From positions 630,001 through 662,000 of the forward strand of contig OZ245049.1 of the NCBI GenBank assembly GCA_965224465.1: a stretch of DNA of 32,000 bases, given 5' to 3'. Source of the stretch: Flavobacteriaceae bacterium. Its GTDB lineage: Bacteria > Bacteroidota > Bacteroidia > Flavobacteriales > Flavobacteriaceae. The notes under the pieces are model-generated. The model searched no databases, was not told the DNA's origin, and worked only from the letters and a program-made list of their open reading frames with translations. Within the stretch, counting starts at the first letter, position 1; every line of letters starts with the position of its first letter. Both the position numbers and the translations under genes were made by a program. Shown here piece by piece: positions 1-10,054 of the stretch.

Positions 1-1827
1 TTTTGCTAAATTTTTCATTAACACAACATTTGAAGCATCAAACACCTGTTCTGCATCAAAGTCCCTGACTTTAAACCGTCCATGTTTGTTTACTTGTTGC
101 CCATCCACATTCACGGTATAACGGTACATCCCAACAGGAACATCGTTCATCACAACACTATACGAATTATCTTGCAAAGCAAAAGGAACATTTTTTTGAT
201 AAGTTCCATGCTCAGATTTCATAGACAGCCACAACTTAGCTGAAGGATCAAACTTAAAATTATGATCGTTTAAGAACGCCGTAATTTCAATCGTTTCATT
301 CTGATTGTAAAACGATTTAGATGTGACCGTAAGCCTCGTTTTTGAACTATTTGAAGATACATACTGAATCAGATTGGCTATATACAAATCAAACTTCAAG
401 AACGATTGCTCTCTTTGATAATAGAACAATCTCCATTTCCAACAACCATCCCCCAACAAAACAGCCGCTTTCTGTCCTTCTTTAGGTGAAAAAGTAAACA
501 ACAATGGTTCTTTGGTAGCCACTGTACCTATTTGTTGAAAAAGTAAGGTTTCAAAACTAGTAGAGATGGTAATTTTCCCAAAAACATCATTTAGAGGAGG
601 CATTCTTGAAAAATCCAAATCTTCTGTTAAAAAAACGGAATAATCCGCATTATAAACAGCTAAATATTCTTCTTTGACCCTTGATAAATTCTTTTTAAAA
701 TAGGATTGGTTGGCATTTAAAAACTGCCAATCTGTAGCAGCCCCTGTCACTATAAGATAATTTAAACTAGATTTTTTAATTTTATCAAATACAGACTTGA
801 ATGCTGCACTAGGTTGGTATAAAATAAGCAAATCATAACTGTCTAAATTTTCTTTTAAGCGATCGATCGGCACTATAGTAACCTTGCGTTGTTTATTGGT
901 TTCTATGCTCCGTTTTAACATCCCTACATCTGGGTGCAAAACCCCTGTAATAATGGCTATTTTGGACTGTTCATCTATAACATCTACCGCAAAATTACGG
1001 CTATTATTTTTTGTGTTTTTCTCTTTTTTAACTTCTTTTACCCGTAGGCTATAAAATTGTTTCCCTACGGTATTTGAAGGCAACTTAAAGTGGATACTTT
1101 TAGAATGTTCCCCTTGTTTAAAAATTAGAGATTCCTTGTAAACAATTCTGTTTTTTTTATAGACAGACACCGTTGTTTGACAACCGTTTTCTCCCGAATA
1201 ATGCACAAAAGCCTCTACAGGGAAATTGTTTTTTAAATACGAATATTTATTCACGTTTAATTTGTGAATACTCAAATCGTTATAATGTACCGTATCTCCT
1301 GTAATCACAGAAAAAACAGGTTTATTTAAGCTTAAAAAATCTACAGAATTACCAACAGTTTGGTTTCCGTCAGAAATTAATAAAAATGCTGCAGGAGTAT
1401 TTTTATACACTTCTTGTAAGCGCGCAAGCGGTGTGTAGATATTAGTTTCTTTTTCCTCAAAATCTAAATGATCCAAGGTCTCTAAATCCTTTCCGAATTT
1501 AAAAAAACTAATTTCAAATTTCTCTTGGATCCCTGTACTTGATTTTAAATTCTCTACCAAGGATTGGATTGCTATTTCTTGTTTTTTAACAGAACTAGAA
1601 TTATCCACCAATACAGCCAATACCGGTTTTTCTATATGTAAAACGGTCGTTTCTATTTGGGGATTGAATAATAGTAATAATAAGGTGAAAATGGCAAGAA
1701 AACGCAAAAAAGCCAATATTATATTGACTTTTTTATACGTTTTTTTATAAAAATAATGGAACCATGCCCCTGCTCCTGCAATAATAAATGATATTATAAG
1801 AAATAGAAACATTTGATTGTTCTGCAT
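1..1827 (-). CDS. Membrane-anchored vWA-like (BatA-type) hypothetical protein, 3' end outside window
   Basis: At both ends, where I translated it, the minus-strand frame is open: from the ATG at 1825-1827 (MQNNQMFLFLIISFIIAGAGAWFHYFYKK...) and down to position 1 (...FDAEQVFDASNVVLMKNLAK); a quick pass through the middle showed no stops. N-terminal TM helices are followed by VLVDNSSS, a DxSxS MIDAS-like motif. It is absent from the supplied ORF track, presumably because it has no stop in the window. Confidence 0.55.
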   Translation of the reverse strand, partial: MQNNQMFLFLIISFIIAGAGAWFHYFYKKTYKKVNIILAFLRFLAIFTLLLLLFNPQIETTVLHIEKPVLAVLVDNSSSVKKQEIAIQSLVENLKSSTGIQEKFEISFFKFGKDLETLDHLDFEEKETNIYTPLARLQEVYKNTPAAFLLISDGNQTVGNSVDFLSLNKPVFSVITGDTVHYNDLSIHKLNVNKYSYLKNNFPVEAFVHYSGENGCQTTVSVYKKNRIVYKESLIFKQGEHSKSIHFKLPSNTVGKQFYSLRVKEVKKEKNTKNNSRNFAVDVIDEQSKIAIITGVLHPDVGMLKRSIETNKQRKVTIVPIDRLKENLDSYDLLILYQPSAAFKSVFDKIKKSSLNYLIVTGAATDWQFLNANQSYFKKNLSRVKEEYLAVYNADYSVFLTEDLDFSRMPPLNDVFGKITISTSFETLLFQQIGTVATKEPLLFTFSPKEGQKAAVLLGDGCWKWRLFYYQREQSFLKFDLYIANLIQYVSSNSSKTRLTVTSKSFYNQNETIEITAFLNDHNFKFDPSAKLWLSMKSEHGTYQKNVPFALQDNSYSVVMNDVPVGMYRYTVNVDGQQVNKHGRFKVRDFDAEQVFDASNVVLMKNLAK

Positions 1828-1861
1828 TATTGTAATTTATTAAGTATGAAATAACATCGAT

Positions 1862-2608
1862 TTAGGTTAACATTCCTCCATCAACATTTAATGTTTGACC
1901 TGTAATATACGCAGACATATCCGAAGCTAAAAATACACACGCATTTGCTACATCTTCTGGAGAGCCTCCACGTTTTAAAGGGATGGCATTTCTCCATTCT
2001 TTTACCATATCTGGATTTAATTTATCGGTCATTTCTGTTTCAATAAACCCTGGTGCAACTGAGTTACAGCGAATATTACGAGATCCCAACTCTAAGGCTA
2101 CAGATTTTGTAAACCCTAAAATACCTGCTTTAGAAGCTGCATAATTTGTTTGACCTGCATTTCCTTTTACACCTACAACAGAACTCATGTTAATAATAGA
2201 CCCAGCACGTTGTTTCATCATAGGACGAATCACTGCTTTTGTTAAATTAAACACAGATTTAAGATTTACTTCTATCACATCATCAAAATCAGCTTCAGAA
2301 ATACGCATCAACAAATTGTCTTTTGTGATCCCCGCATTATTCACTAAAATATCTATGGTTCCAAACTCTTTCAATACATCAGCAGCCAATGTTTGAGCTG
2401 CATCAAAATTTGCTGCATTGGATTGATATCCTTTGGCTTTTATGCCTAAACTTTCCAATTCTTTTACCAATTCTTCTGCCGCTACCGAAGAAGAATTATA
2501 CGTAAACGCAACATCTGCTCCTTGTTTTGCAAATGCCATGGCTATTCCTCTACCTATTCCTCTGGTTGCCCCTGTAATAAGGGCTATTTTATTTTCTAAT
2601 AGTTTCAT
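1862..2608 (-). CDS. fabG: 3-oxoacyl-[acyl-carrier-protein] reductase (SDR family)
   Basis: 248 aa. It has the TGATRGIGRGIA Rossmann motif, NNAG, and the catalytic YAASKAG (YxxxK). Length and end-to-end pattern are typical of FabG. Confidence 0.9.
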   Translation of the reverse strand: MKLLENKIALITGATRGIGRGIAMAFAKQGADVAFTYNSSSVAAEELVKELESLGIKAKGYQSNAANFDAAQTLAADVLKEFGTIDILVNNAGITKDNLLMRISEADFDDVIEVNLKSVFNLTKAVIRPMMKQRAGSIINMSSVVGVKGNAGQTNYAASKAGILGFTKSVALELGSRNIRCNSVAPGFIETEMTDKLNPDMVKEWRNAIPLKRGGSPEDVANACVFLASDMSAYITGQTLNVDGGMLT

Positions 2609-2901
2609 TAATCTATTGATTTCAAATTTAAAACATCAAATATACAGTTTTTTTGTTTGTGTCTGCGATAGAGAAGATGAAAGTACCTTTTACAGTGTTA
2701 AAGGGCTCATACCAATTAAACTTACTAATGTCACATTCTATTATTTATTTTTGATAACCTATTTGTAGAAATTGATTGCCATAACAAAGGCGAAGCTATG
2801 TTAACTTTTATCTTGTGAAAAATAATTCAATATATAGTATAGGGTTTACAAAAACAAATGGGTATTAGATCCGTTACAGCACACAAAAAAATGGCATGAA
2901 A

Positions 2902-2937
2902 ACAAAAAAAAGATCCCTTTGACTAGCTCAGGGATCT
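2902..2937 (-). terminator. Rho-independent terminator downstream of the M16 peptidase gene
   Basis: Stem AGATCCCT (2911-2918) pairs with AGGGATCT (2930-2937) around an 11-nt loop. On the minus strand the hairpin is followed by a T-run (plus-strand A8 at 2903-2910). It lies 19 nt after the stop at 2956. Confidence 0.75.
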
Positions 2938-2955
2938 TTAATTTATAAAATATTT

Positions 2956-5913
2956 TTATTGTTTTACGTCTTCCATTTGATAATTAAAAAGATAGTTTAC
3001 ATCCAATTCTTTGAACTCACCAAGTTTATGTAATTCCTCCATTTTCATATCTTTCTTATTCCCTATAACCAAAGAAGTGTATTGTTTATCTTTTATATTT
3101 TCAACAAAAAATGCTGCCAAATCCTTCATGGTTATCTGTTTCACTTCTTGGTAAATATCTTTTCTGATATCATAATCTATATCCAATTTTTTTAATCGTT
3201 CAAATGACCAGAAAATATTAGATTTTGTAATACGCTCCGCCGCAATTTTCTTTAAAGTAGCTTCTTTTGCAGCATTAAACTGCTCTTGCGCCTCTGGCAT
3301 ATTTCTCATTAAAGCCAACATAGCATCCACTGCTTGTGGCAGTTTATTAGCTTGCGTACCAACGTATGCGTAAATTAAATTTGATTCGTTATTTTTTCTT
3401 GCATTAGAGTAAGATGCAAAAGCAGAATACGCTAAGGATTTAGATTCACGAATTTCTTGAAAAACAATTGATGACAATCCTCTTCCAAAATAGGCATTAA
3501 ACACCCTAGAAAGCGCCATTTTTTTCTTATCGAATTTATCTCCTTTTGCGATAAATAAAATCTCCGACTGTACCATGTCAAAATCTACAAAATACACCTT
3601 CCCTCCTGTTTCTTGTTGGGTGTAAACAACTGGCGTAGGATAGTCTTTTAATACTGATGGGATTTTATGCAATTCATTTAATGCATCCGTAGCAGCAGCG
3701 ACATCTTTTCCATAATAAAAAATACGTTGTTTATAGCTTTTCATCTCTTTTACCAAGGCAATCAATTCCGTTGGATCCATCGCTTTTAATTCTGCCGCTT
3801 TAAAAATATTTCTCAAATCAGAATCTTCTCCGTAGATTCCATAGTTTAAGAGTCCATTGAATAAAATATTGCCTTTTTGTGTTTTCCCATTAGATCTACC
3901 TTTTAATATTTTGGCTACAAATTTGTCATAAGATTCTTGATCTGCCACCGCATTTTCCCATAATTTTTCAAAGAGAGCTAAGCCTGGTTTTAAATTTTCC
4001 TTCAATCCAGAAATATATACATAGGACTTATCGCTCCCTGTACTTACACCATAATCAATACCTAATTTATAAAACTCTTTTTTCAAATCTTCTGCCGACA
4101 TGGTATCGGTGCCTACATAGTCCAAATAACCCACCGCCAATTCTAATTTTTTATTATGATCTTTACCCATATCAAAAATAATATTCAAATTAAACAAATC
4201 GTTGTTATTATTTGTAATATAGGATACTTCTACACCATTATTTAAAGACGTTTTTTTAATTTGTTTTTTATAATCTATAAAAGCAGGAGACAAATCACTT
4301 GAGCTTATCTTAGAGAAATTAGTATTAAATATCGATTTTTTTCCTCGATTTAGTTCCACAGGTGTAATCCCAGGGTTTGCTACCTTAGAAATATTTTTAT
4401 CGATTCCTTTTCGTTTGTAGGTTACTACATAATTTTCTTTATAAAAACGATTGGCAAAGTCCATAATATCTTGTTTGCTGATGGCTCTCAATTGATCCAT
4501 AAAAGCAACTTTACTTGTCCAATTTTCATGATGAATAAACGCATTATAATAAGCGCTAGCCAAGGCAGAGCTATTTTCATATTGACGTGTTTTACTCAAT
4601 TTTAAATCATTGATTACAGCCGTTAACATCCACGCATCAAAATCACCTTTCTTAAGTTTTTCAATTTGTTCCAATAACAAATCCTTTACTTGATCTAGGG
4701 TTTGATTTTGCTTAGGAGAACCTGTAAAATTGTGGTACCCGTAATCATTCAAAAATGTTGGAGAACACCCCGCACGTTGCACCGCTTGTTTTTGATTCAA
4801 ATTCAAATCTATCAAACCAGCACTTCCATTAGATAATAGCATATCTACCATGGTTAATAATTTCTGATCAGAAGATCCTATCCCTGTAGCTCTAAATGCG
4901 ATACTTACAGACTCCGATGTAGGACCAAAAACTTCTTCTACAACAGGTGCTGTAATAGCTACTTCTTTTGGTAAAGTAGGATGCACTACTTCTTTGCGTT
5001 CCATTTTTCCAAAATGAGTGTCTACCAACTTAATGGTATTCTCAAAATCTAAATCTCCAACAAGAACCATTGCCATATTATTAGGTACATAGTATTTGTT
5101 AAAATAGTTATGAATAGCAACCATTGAAGGGTTTTTTAAATGCTCTGCCGTTCCAATAGTTGATTGCTGACCATACGGATGGTTTGGAAACAAGCCCTTT
5201 AACATCGCTGCATACATTTTTCTATAATCGTTGTCCTGACCTCTATTAAACTCTTCAAATACCACTTCCAATTCTGTATGAAACAAACGCAATACCAATT
5301 CGTTAAATCGTTCACTCTCTAAAGTCAACCATTTGTCCAATTCGTTTGCTGGAATTTTATTTTTATAAACAGTTTCTTCAAACCAAGTATGTGCGTTGGT
5401 TCCTGTAGCCCCCATAGAAGAGGTTAGCTTATCATATTCGTTGGCAATAGAAAACTGAGATGCTTTGAACGATTCTTCATCAATTTTTTTATACAATTGA
5501 TTTTTCTTTTCAGGATCTGTTTCATTTTTACGTTGCTCATATAAAGAAGAAATGGTATCTAAAATCACTTTTTCTTTGTCCCAATCTAAGGTTCCCATTT
5601 TTGAAGTCCCTTTAAAAACCATGTGCTCTAAATAATGAGCCAAGCCAGTAGATTCTACAGGATCGTAATTAGACCCAGCTCTTACAGCGATAAACGTTTG
5701 GATTTTTGGTTCGTCAGCATTTTTACTCAAATACACTTTTAAACCATTCTTTAAAGTATATAAACGCAAGCCTGTAGGATCGTTATCCACCGTTTCGTAC
5801 GTATATCCATTCGCGTCTTTATGCTCTTTAACCTCAAAGATTTTTTTATCTGAAGTTTTACAAGCCGACACTATAAGGCTTGCCATTAGTACTAATACAC
5901 TAAGTTTTCTCAT
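2956..5913 (-). CDS. M16 (pitrilysin/insulinase) family zinc peptidase, lipoprotein
   Basis: It carries the inverted zinc motif HYLEHMVFKGT (HxxEH) and two M16-like halves across about 985 aa. I prefer the ATG at 5913 (MRKLSVLVLMASLIVSAC lipobox) over the track start at 5943. Confidence 0.85.
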   Translation of the reverse strand: MRKLSVLVLMASLIVSACKTSDKKIFEVKEHKDANGYTYETVDNDPTGLRLYTLKNGLKVYLSKNADEPKIQTFIAVRAGSNYDPVESTGLAHYLEHMVFKGTSKMGTLDWDKEKVILDTISSLYEQRKNETDPEKKNQLYKKIDEESFKASQFSIANEYDKLTSSMGATGTNAHTWFEETVYKNKIPANELDKWLTLESERFNELVLRLFHTELEVVFEEFNRGQDNDYRKMYAAMLKGLFPNHPYGQQSTIGTAEHLKNPSMVAIHNYFNKYYVPNNMAMVLVGDLDFENTIKLVDTHFGKMERKEVVHPTLPKEVAITAPVVEEVFGPTSESVSIAFRATGIGSSDQKLLTMVDMLLSNGSAGLIDLNLNQKQAVQRAGCSPTFLNDYGYHNFTGSPKQNQTLDQVKDLLLEQIEKLKKGDFDAWMLTAVINDLKLSKTRQYENSSALASAYYNAFIHHENWTSKVAFMDQLRAISKQDIMDFANRFYKENYVVTYKRKGIDKNISKVANPGITPVELNRGKKSIFNTNFSKISSSDLSPAFIDYKKQIKKTSLNNGVEVSYITNNNNDLFNLNIIFDMGKDHNKKLELAVGYLDYVGTDTMSAEDLKKEFYKLGIDYGVSTGSDKSYVYISGLKENLKPGLALFEKLWENAVADQESYDKFVAKILKGRSNGKTQKGNILFNGLLNYGIYGEDSDLRNIFKAAELKAMDPTELIALVKEMKSYKQRIFYYGKDVAAATDALNELHKIPSVLKDYPTPVVYTQQETGGKVYFVDFDMVQSEILFIAKGDKFDKKKMALSRVFNAYFGRGLSSIVFQEIRESKSLAYSAFASYSNARKNNESNLIYAYVGTQANKLPQAVDAMLALMRNMPEAQEQFNAAKEATLKKIAAERITKSNIFWSFERLKKLDIDYDIRKDIYQEVKQITMKDLAAFFVENIKDKQYTSLVIGNKKDMKMEELHKLGEFKELDVNYLFNYQMEDVKQ

Positions 5914-6110
5914 TATTAATAGATTGATTGTTAAATACCACAAATTGTGGCTTTCAAATATACCAACACGTCTAATTATAAGCTACAGAAAACCACATTT
6001 TAAGTTTATTTTAACATTTTTAAACAAAACACTAACCACTTCATTCAAAGACAGTTTAAAGATACTCCCCTGTAAAAACAGCAGAAAACAAATACAATCT
6101 CACAAGAATC

Positions 6111-6866
6111 TTAACGTTTATTTTTCCCGCGTTGTTTTTCGCTATTTTTAACAAAGACTAATTTGTGTCTGCTTTTATGATTGTCCCTACGTTCCAACTC
6201 AAAACTACCAATGGATTTTATCAAAGGAGTTAGTTTTTCAAAACCATAGTTTCTGGAATCAAAATTTGGCTGTTTTTTTTGAAGAAGACTCCCTACATCA
6301 CCAAGAAAGGCCCAACCATCATCATCTGACAAATCGGAAATAGTAGTTGCGATCAATTTGATCACTTTTGGAGTGATTTGATCGATGCTCTCTTTTGATA
6401 TTTCTTTTGCATTTGAATCTGATTTTTCTTCGGATTGACGTCTGATAATTTCTATATAGATGAATTTATCACAAGCCACAATAAAAGGATTTGGTGTCTT
6501 TTTCTCACCTATACCAATAACTTGCATCCCTGCCTCTCTTAACCTGGTTGCAAGCCTTGTGAAATCACTATCGCTAGACACCAAACAAAAGCCATTCACT
6601 TTTTCTGAATATAAAATATCCATGGCATCAATAATCATGGCAGAATCTGTAGCATTTTTACCTGTTGTATAGGCGTATTGTTGGATAGGTGTAATGGCAT
6701 TTTCTAACAATAGGTTTTTCCATTTTGTTAGATGTGGCTTTGTCCAATCTCCATAAATACGTTTGATAGTAGGGTTTCCATACTTGGCAATCTCTTCCAT
6801 CATCTCTTTTACATGTGCCGAAGGAATGTTATCTCCATCTATAAGTACCGCAAGATTTAAATTCAT
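6111..6866 (-). CDS. NYN (LabA-like) domain protein with C-terminal OST-HTH/LOTUS-like domain
   Basis: N-terminal LIDGDN ... SSDSDF acidic motifs are typical of NYN/LabA nucleases. The C-terminal about 70 aa (GWAFLGDVGSLLQKKQPNFDSRNYGFEKLTPLIKS) resembles OST-HTH. Confidence 0.75.
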   Translation of the reverse strand: MNLNLAVLIDGDNIPSAHVKEMMEEIAKYGNPTIKRIYGDWTKPHLTKWKNLLLENAITPIQQYAYTTGKNATDSAMIIDAMDILYSEKVNGFCLVSSDSDFTRLATRLREAGMQVIGIGEKKTPNPFIVACDKFIYIEIIRRQSEEKSDSNAKEISKESIDQITPKVIKLIATTISDLSDDDGWAFLGDVGSLLQKKQPNFDSRNYGFEKLTPLIKSIGSFELERRDNHKSRHKLVFVKNSEKQRGKNKR

Positions 6867-6884
6867 AAGTTCAATTTATTTTAA

Positions 6885-7139
6885 TTTTAAGTGAAGATAC
6901 GAAACTGAAGTCATTAATAGTTTCGATCCATTGATCATTTTTATATTGGGCAGCATATAATCCACCAATTACTTGTATATGCAATTAAAAGAGAAACCTT
7001 TTAACCATATCTGCAACGTTATTATCTACTCTTTTGTTATCTTATACGATTTCCTTGTAAACACATCCATCCAATCCACTACAGTGGCTGTAATAAAATG
7101 TATTTTTTCTTGATCTCGTATAATGTAACTTTCTTTCAT
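6885..7139 (-). pseudogene. Decayed REP-associated tyrosine transposase (RAYT / IS200-Y1 type) remnant
   Basis: The ATG at 7139 gives MKESYIIRDQEKIHFITATVVDWMDVFTRKSYKITKE, then a stop at 7026-7028. This matches the N-terminal pattern of Bacteroidota RAYT/IS200-like transposases (IRDQ..hF.T.tVv.WiDVFtRk.Y). Downstream the same frame continues with in-frame stops (IITLQIWLKGFSFNCIYK*). A REP hairpin lies immediately upstream at 7180-7209. Confidence 0.55.
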
Positions 7140-7179
7140 TTTTTTATTATTTTCCCTTGTAAGTGTGAGCAATATAGTG

Positions 7180-7209
7180 GCGCAAAGTCGGGAGACTTTT
7201 CGCAGCGGG
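7180..7209 (+). repeat. REP-like hairpin, family 1 (GCGCAAAGTC-GGGA-GACTTTGCGC core, then AGCGGG)
   Basis: The sequence gcgcaaagtcgggagacttttcgcagcggg is self-complementary around GGGA. Related copies lie at 11933-11959 (inverted), 12902-12925 (inverted), 13313-13343 and 25332-25363. Confidence 0.8.
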
Positions 7210-7223
7210 TTTTTTCTATCCCC

Positions 7224-9704
7224 TTAATCTAGCAATTCATAGCCCTCTATTTTAACCGATTTCTTATGATAAAAATCAGCGAACTTCATTTCTAAATATA
7301 GGGTCACTTTTTGTTCTGATCTCCCTTTGTTAAGCATCGAAAAGATCTTGGACAATTCCTTGTTTTTAAAATCATTCAACAGTCCTTTATTCGCTATAAC
7401 ATCTTGCAAGCTCATCATTTTTAACTGTTCCTGCATCCATGTATGTGCTTTGTATCTTTTTTCCTTTAGTTGTAGACTTTCTAATTCTTGCTTCGATATT
7501 GGACTCTTATTTTTCTTCGCAGTGTTCACCTTAGCCAAGACTCTTAAATAGTCTGTTTTTACAATTAAATCTAATTGCACAGCATCACTGTATAGCTTTT
7601 TTAAACTTTTTATTGCCAAGCGATGATATATCACTAAAAAATCTTTGTTTTTGTAAAGCTCTTTTAAATATACCAAAGCAGCTTTTTTATAGATTTTATT
7701 TTTTTTGTTTTCTGCAGCGATCATTGTTTTTTCAAGTGATTTTAATTTAAGGACAACAGGTGTTAAATATCGCATTGTACTAAATTGGTCTGTAAGAACA
7801 ACGGCAACTATATCCTTCGTAATTTCAGCATGCGCTCCTTTAAACAGGTGTGATCTAAAACTGAATTTAAATTCTTTTGTCCTTTTCACTTTCGTTAGGC
7901 GCTCCGCTTTCTTTTCTTTTTTTCGTTGTTTCTTTTTCGGTTTTCCAAGATCAAAGGTATAGGCATATCCAAGCGTTATGGTCAATTCACTTACATCATT
8001 TTGAGCTGTAGTACTTTTGAAAATCTGTACCGCATTTAAATTAAAATTATGCTTCTCAGCAATTACTGTTGAAGCATTCATTCGGAAATTAAGAACCTCT
8101 GTACTACTATCCTTACTAGTATTGGTATTGTAAGCCATCCCCAACATAGTGTTCAGTTTTTTCTTAAAAAACTTTTTACTAATGTCAATATTACCACCTA
8201 TCGCATCACTATCGTCTCTCCCTATATCACTGTAATTGTAATTTATTGAAGTGGATATATTGAGTTCCTTTTTTGGGAATCCGATGGTATATACTGCATT
8301 TGCATTGTGAAAATTATTGGCCTGACCTACTCTAATAACTCCTGCTTGTTCGTTGGCAGAGGATGCTAAATTATAGTTTAAGTTAACATTTTGGCTCCTA
8401 TTCTCACCTTCTCCCAACACCCAATTTATTGTTATATTGGCATTTTGAGAGAGCTGTTTATAATCCAACGCCTCCAAATCTTCATCCGTAAGATCACTAT
8501 CATTAATATCATCAAACTGATTTAAGCTTTTATTTGTGTGGGTAGAAAAATTTGAATATACTCCTGTAATCGTAATTTTATCAGTTGCTTTTAAAATGGC
8601 ATTTACCGCTCCAACAATTCTACTAGTAGCTTGTGTTTTTTGATTGGCTAAATTATCTCTTTGATAACCTATGTTAAATGAAAAATCCAATTTCTCATTA
8701 AACAAGGGCCTAGAAGCGTTCAGTGTAATATTTTCAAAATCGTTATTAAAATAATATGCACCCAAAGTTTCATAACCCGGATCTATACGCTCGTAAGCGA
8801 CCCCTACTTTCATATTATCTATATTCATATCCAAATGTGCATTAAATGCATTATAATATTCTGTAGCTCCTCTATTATTAAATAACAAACCAGCCAAACC
8901 ATTGCCTTTTTTATTAGTAAGTTCCGAGCGTAAATCTTGTGTAATAGCTGTAGAAGCAAACGCTGTTCTTAAGGTGTAATTCCCCCATAACTTAAACTCC
9001 CCATTCATACTAATTACCAAGTTTTCCTTTGGATTTATATTTCTTTCTTCTGGCACTGCGGAAATAGAATTGATGGCATCTTTAGCATAAAACCCTATCA
9101 ATCCAATTTTATAAGCTTCTTTCCCCCATTCCAACTTACCTCCGTAACCCATACGTTTAAAGGCAGGAACTGACTGTTCTTTACCATCGTCCTCTGTTGC
9201 TTTTAAAAGCTTCCCTGCCATGGCACTGAAACTAAAACTACCCGCTGGTGTAAGTTCTATTCCTCCTCCTGTAAATTGGTGACCACTTAAGGTATAAGGA
9301 GAAAAGGTCATCGCTATATCTCCAACATGCCCTTGAATCCATTTATACTTAGGACTTAAACTTACCCTATTAAACTTAAAAGGAGTTTGATAGCCCAAAT
9401 TACTTCCTTGATTGGAAAAACTATAGGTCAAAGGCATATTAAACGTAAGCCAACCAATGTTTAAATTTCCCTGTAAAAAATAGGTGAATGGCGCCCTCGA
9501 ACTACGCCCGTTTCCATTATAAAACACGGAATTAGCAGACAGTCCTCCTCTTATTTTTAAGGGACTATTTTTTATCTTATCCACCGTCTTACTACCTATA
9601 TTTTCAAGGTCTTGTCCCAAGATTGTACTTGTATAACCAAAGCACAAGAACAATATAATCATTAAAAAATAAATTTGAGTAAATGAATATCCTCTTGTAA
9701 TCAC
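7224..9704 (-). CDS. Putative outer-membrane beta-barrel protein with lysine-rich linker and alpha-helical C-terminal extension
   Basis: 826-aa ORF with a signal-like N-terminus (MIILFLCFGYTSTILGQ; alternative ATG at 9662). About 590 aa have alternating aromatic/small-residue, G/N/S/T-rich composition typical of beta-barrels. Then comes GKPKKKQRKKEKKAERLTKVKRTKE and about 230 aa rich in K/L/E. No family was recognised. Confidence 0.6.
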   Translation of the reverse strand: MITRGYSFTQIYFLMIILFLCFGYTSTILGQDLENIGSKTVDKIKNSPLKIRGGLSANSVFYNGNGRSSRAPFTYFLQGNLNIGWLTFNMPLTYSFSNQGSNLGYQTPFKFNRVSLSPKYKWIQGHVGDIAMTFSPYTLSGHQFTGGGIELTPAGSFSFSAMAGKLLKATEDDGKEQSVPAFKRMGYGGKLEWGKEAYKIGLIGFYAKDAINSISAVPEERNINPKENLVISMNGEFKLWGNYTLRTAFASTAITQDLRSELTNKKGNGLAGLLFNNRGATEYYNAFNAHLDMNIDNMKVGVAYERIDPGYETLGAYYFNNDFENITLNASRPLFNEKLDFSFNIGYQRDNLANQKTQATSRIVGAVNAILKATDKITITGVYSNFSTHTNKSLNQFDDINDSDLTDEDLEALDYKQLSQNANITINWVLGEGENRSQNVNLNYNLASSANEQAGVIRVGQANNFHNANAVYTIGFPKKELNISTSINYNYSDIGRDDSDAIGGNIDISKKFFKKKLNTMLGMAYNTNTSKDSSTEVLNFRMNASTVIAEKHNFNLNAVQIFKSTTAQNDVSELTITLGYAYTFDLGKPKKKQRKKEKKAERLTKVKRTKEFKFSFRSHLFKGAHAEITKDIVAVVLTDQFSTMRYLTPVVLKLKSLEKTMIAAENKKNKIYKKAALVYLKELYKNKDFLVIYHRLAIKSLKKLYSDAVQLDLIVKTDYLRVLAKVNTAKKNKSPISKQELESLQLKEKRYKAHTWMQEQLKMMSLQDVIANKGLLNDFKNKELSKIFSMLNKGRSEQKVTLYLEMKFADFYHKKSVKIEGYELLD

Positions 9705-9874
9705 GCTTTTATTTTATTTATAAGTTCACTATATTACAAAACATCTGTTCTTAAAACAGGATTAACACCAATTAAAATCCAAAATAACCGATATAAATAG
9801 TTTGTTTTACGTCCTAACGTTGTTGAAAAATAGAACGATAGCTAAGGCTATCCTTAGATTTTCCGCCTAGCTAG

Positions 9875-10026
9875 AACAAAAAATAATTCTATTTCTAAAC
9901 CGCCACTTGGAAATTTAATTGGTATAACAAAAAATAATTCTATTTCTAAACCGCCACTTGGAAATTTAGTTGGTATAACAAAAAATAATTACATTTCTAA
10001 ACCGCAAATGGAAATACATTTGGTAT
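9875..10026. repeat. 51-bp tandem repeat, 3 copies
   Basis: The unit aacaaaaaataattctatttctaaaccgccacttggaaatttaattggtat starts at 9875, 9926 and 9977. Copies 1 and 2 differ by 1 nt; copy 3 is diverged with a 1-nt deletion. It is intergenic, between the stop of 10055-11431 and the start of 7224-9704. Confidence 0.9.
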
Positions 10027-10054
10027 AAATTGTATTTTGGAAGCATGTAAAGTA

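Noticed and set aside
2187-2768. Track ORFs 2187-2396 and 2433-2768 on the plus strand
   Set aside because: They lie antisense to, or overlap, the well-supported fabG gene. They have low-complexity, hydrophobic translations and no motifs.
5924-7962. Track ORFs 5924-6151, 6460-6672, 7327-7551 and 7705-7962 (plus strand)
   Set aside because: They are short antisense or intergenic ORFs with F/L/S/K-rich translations, as expected by chance in AT-rich DNA. Each overlaps a longer, motif-bearing minus-strand gene.
9875-10026. Possible CRISPR array
   Set aside because: The 51-bp units are directly contiguous with no unique spacers, and no cas genes are nearby. It is a plain tandem repeat.
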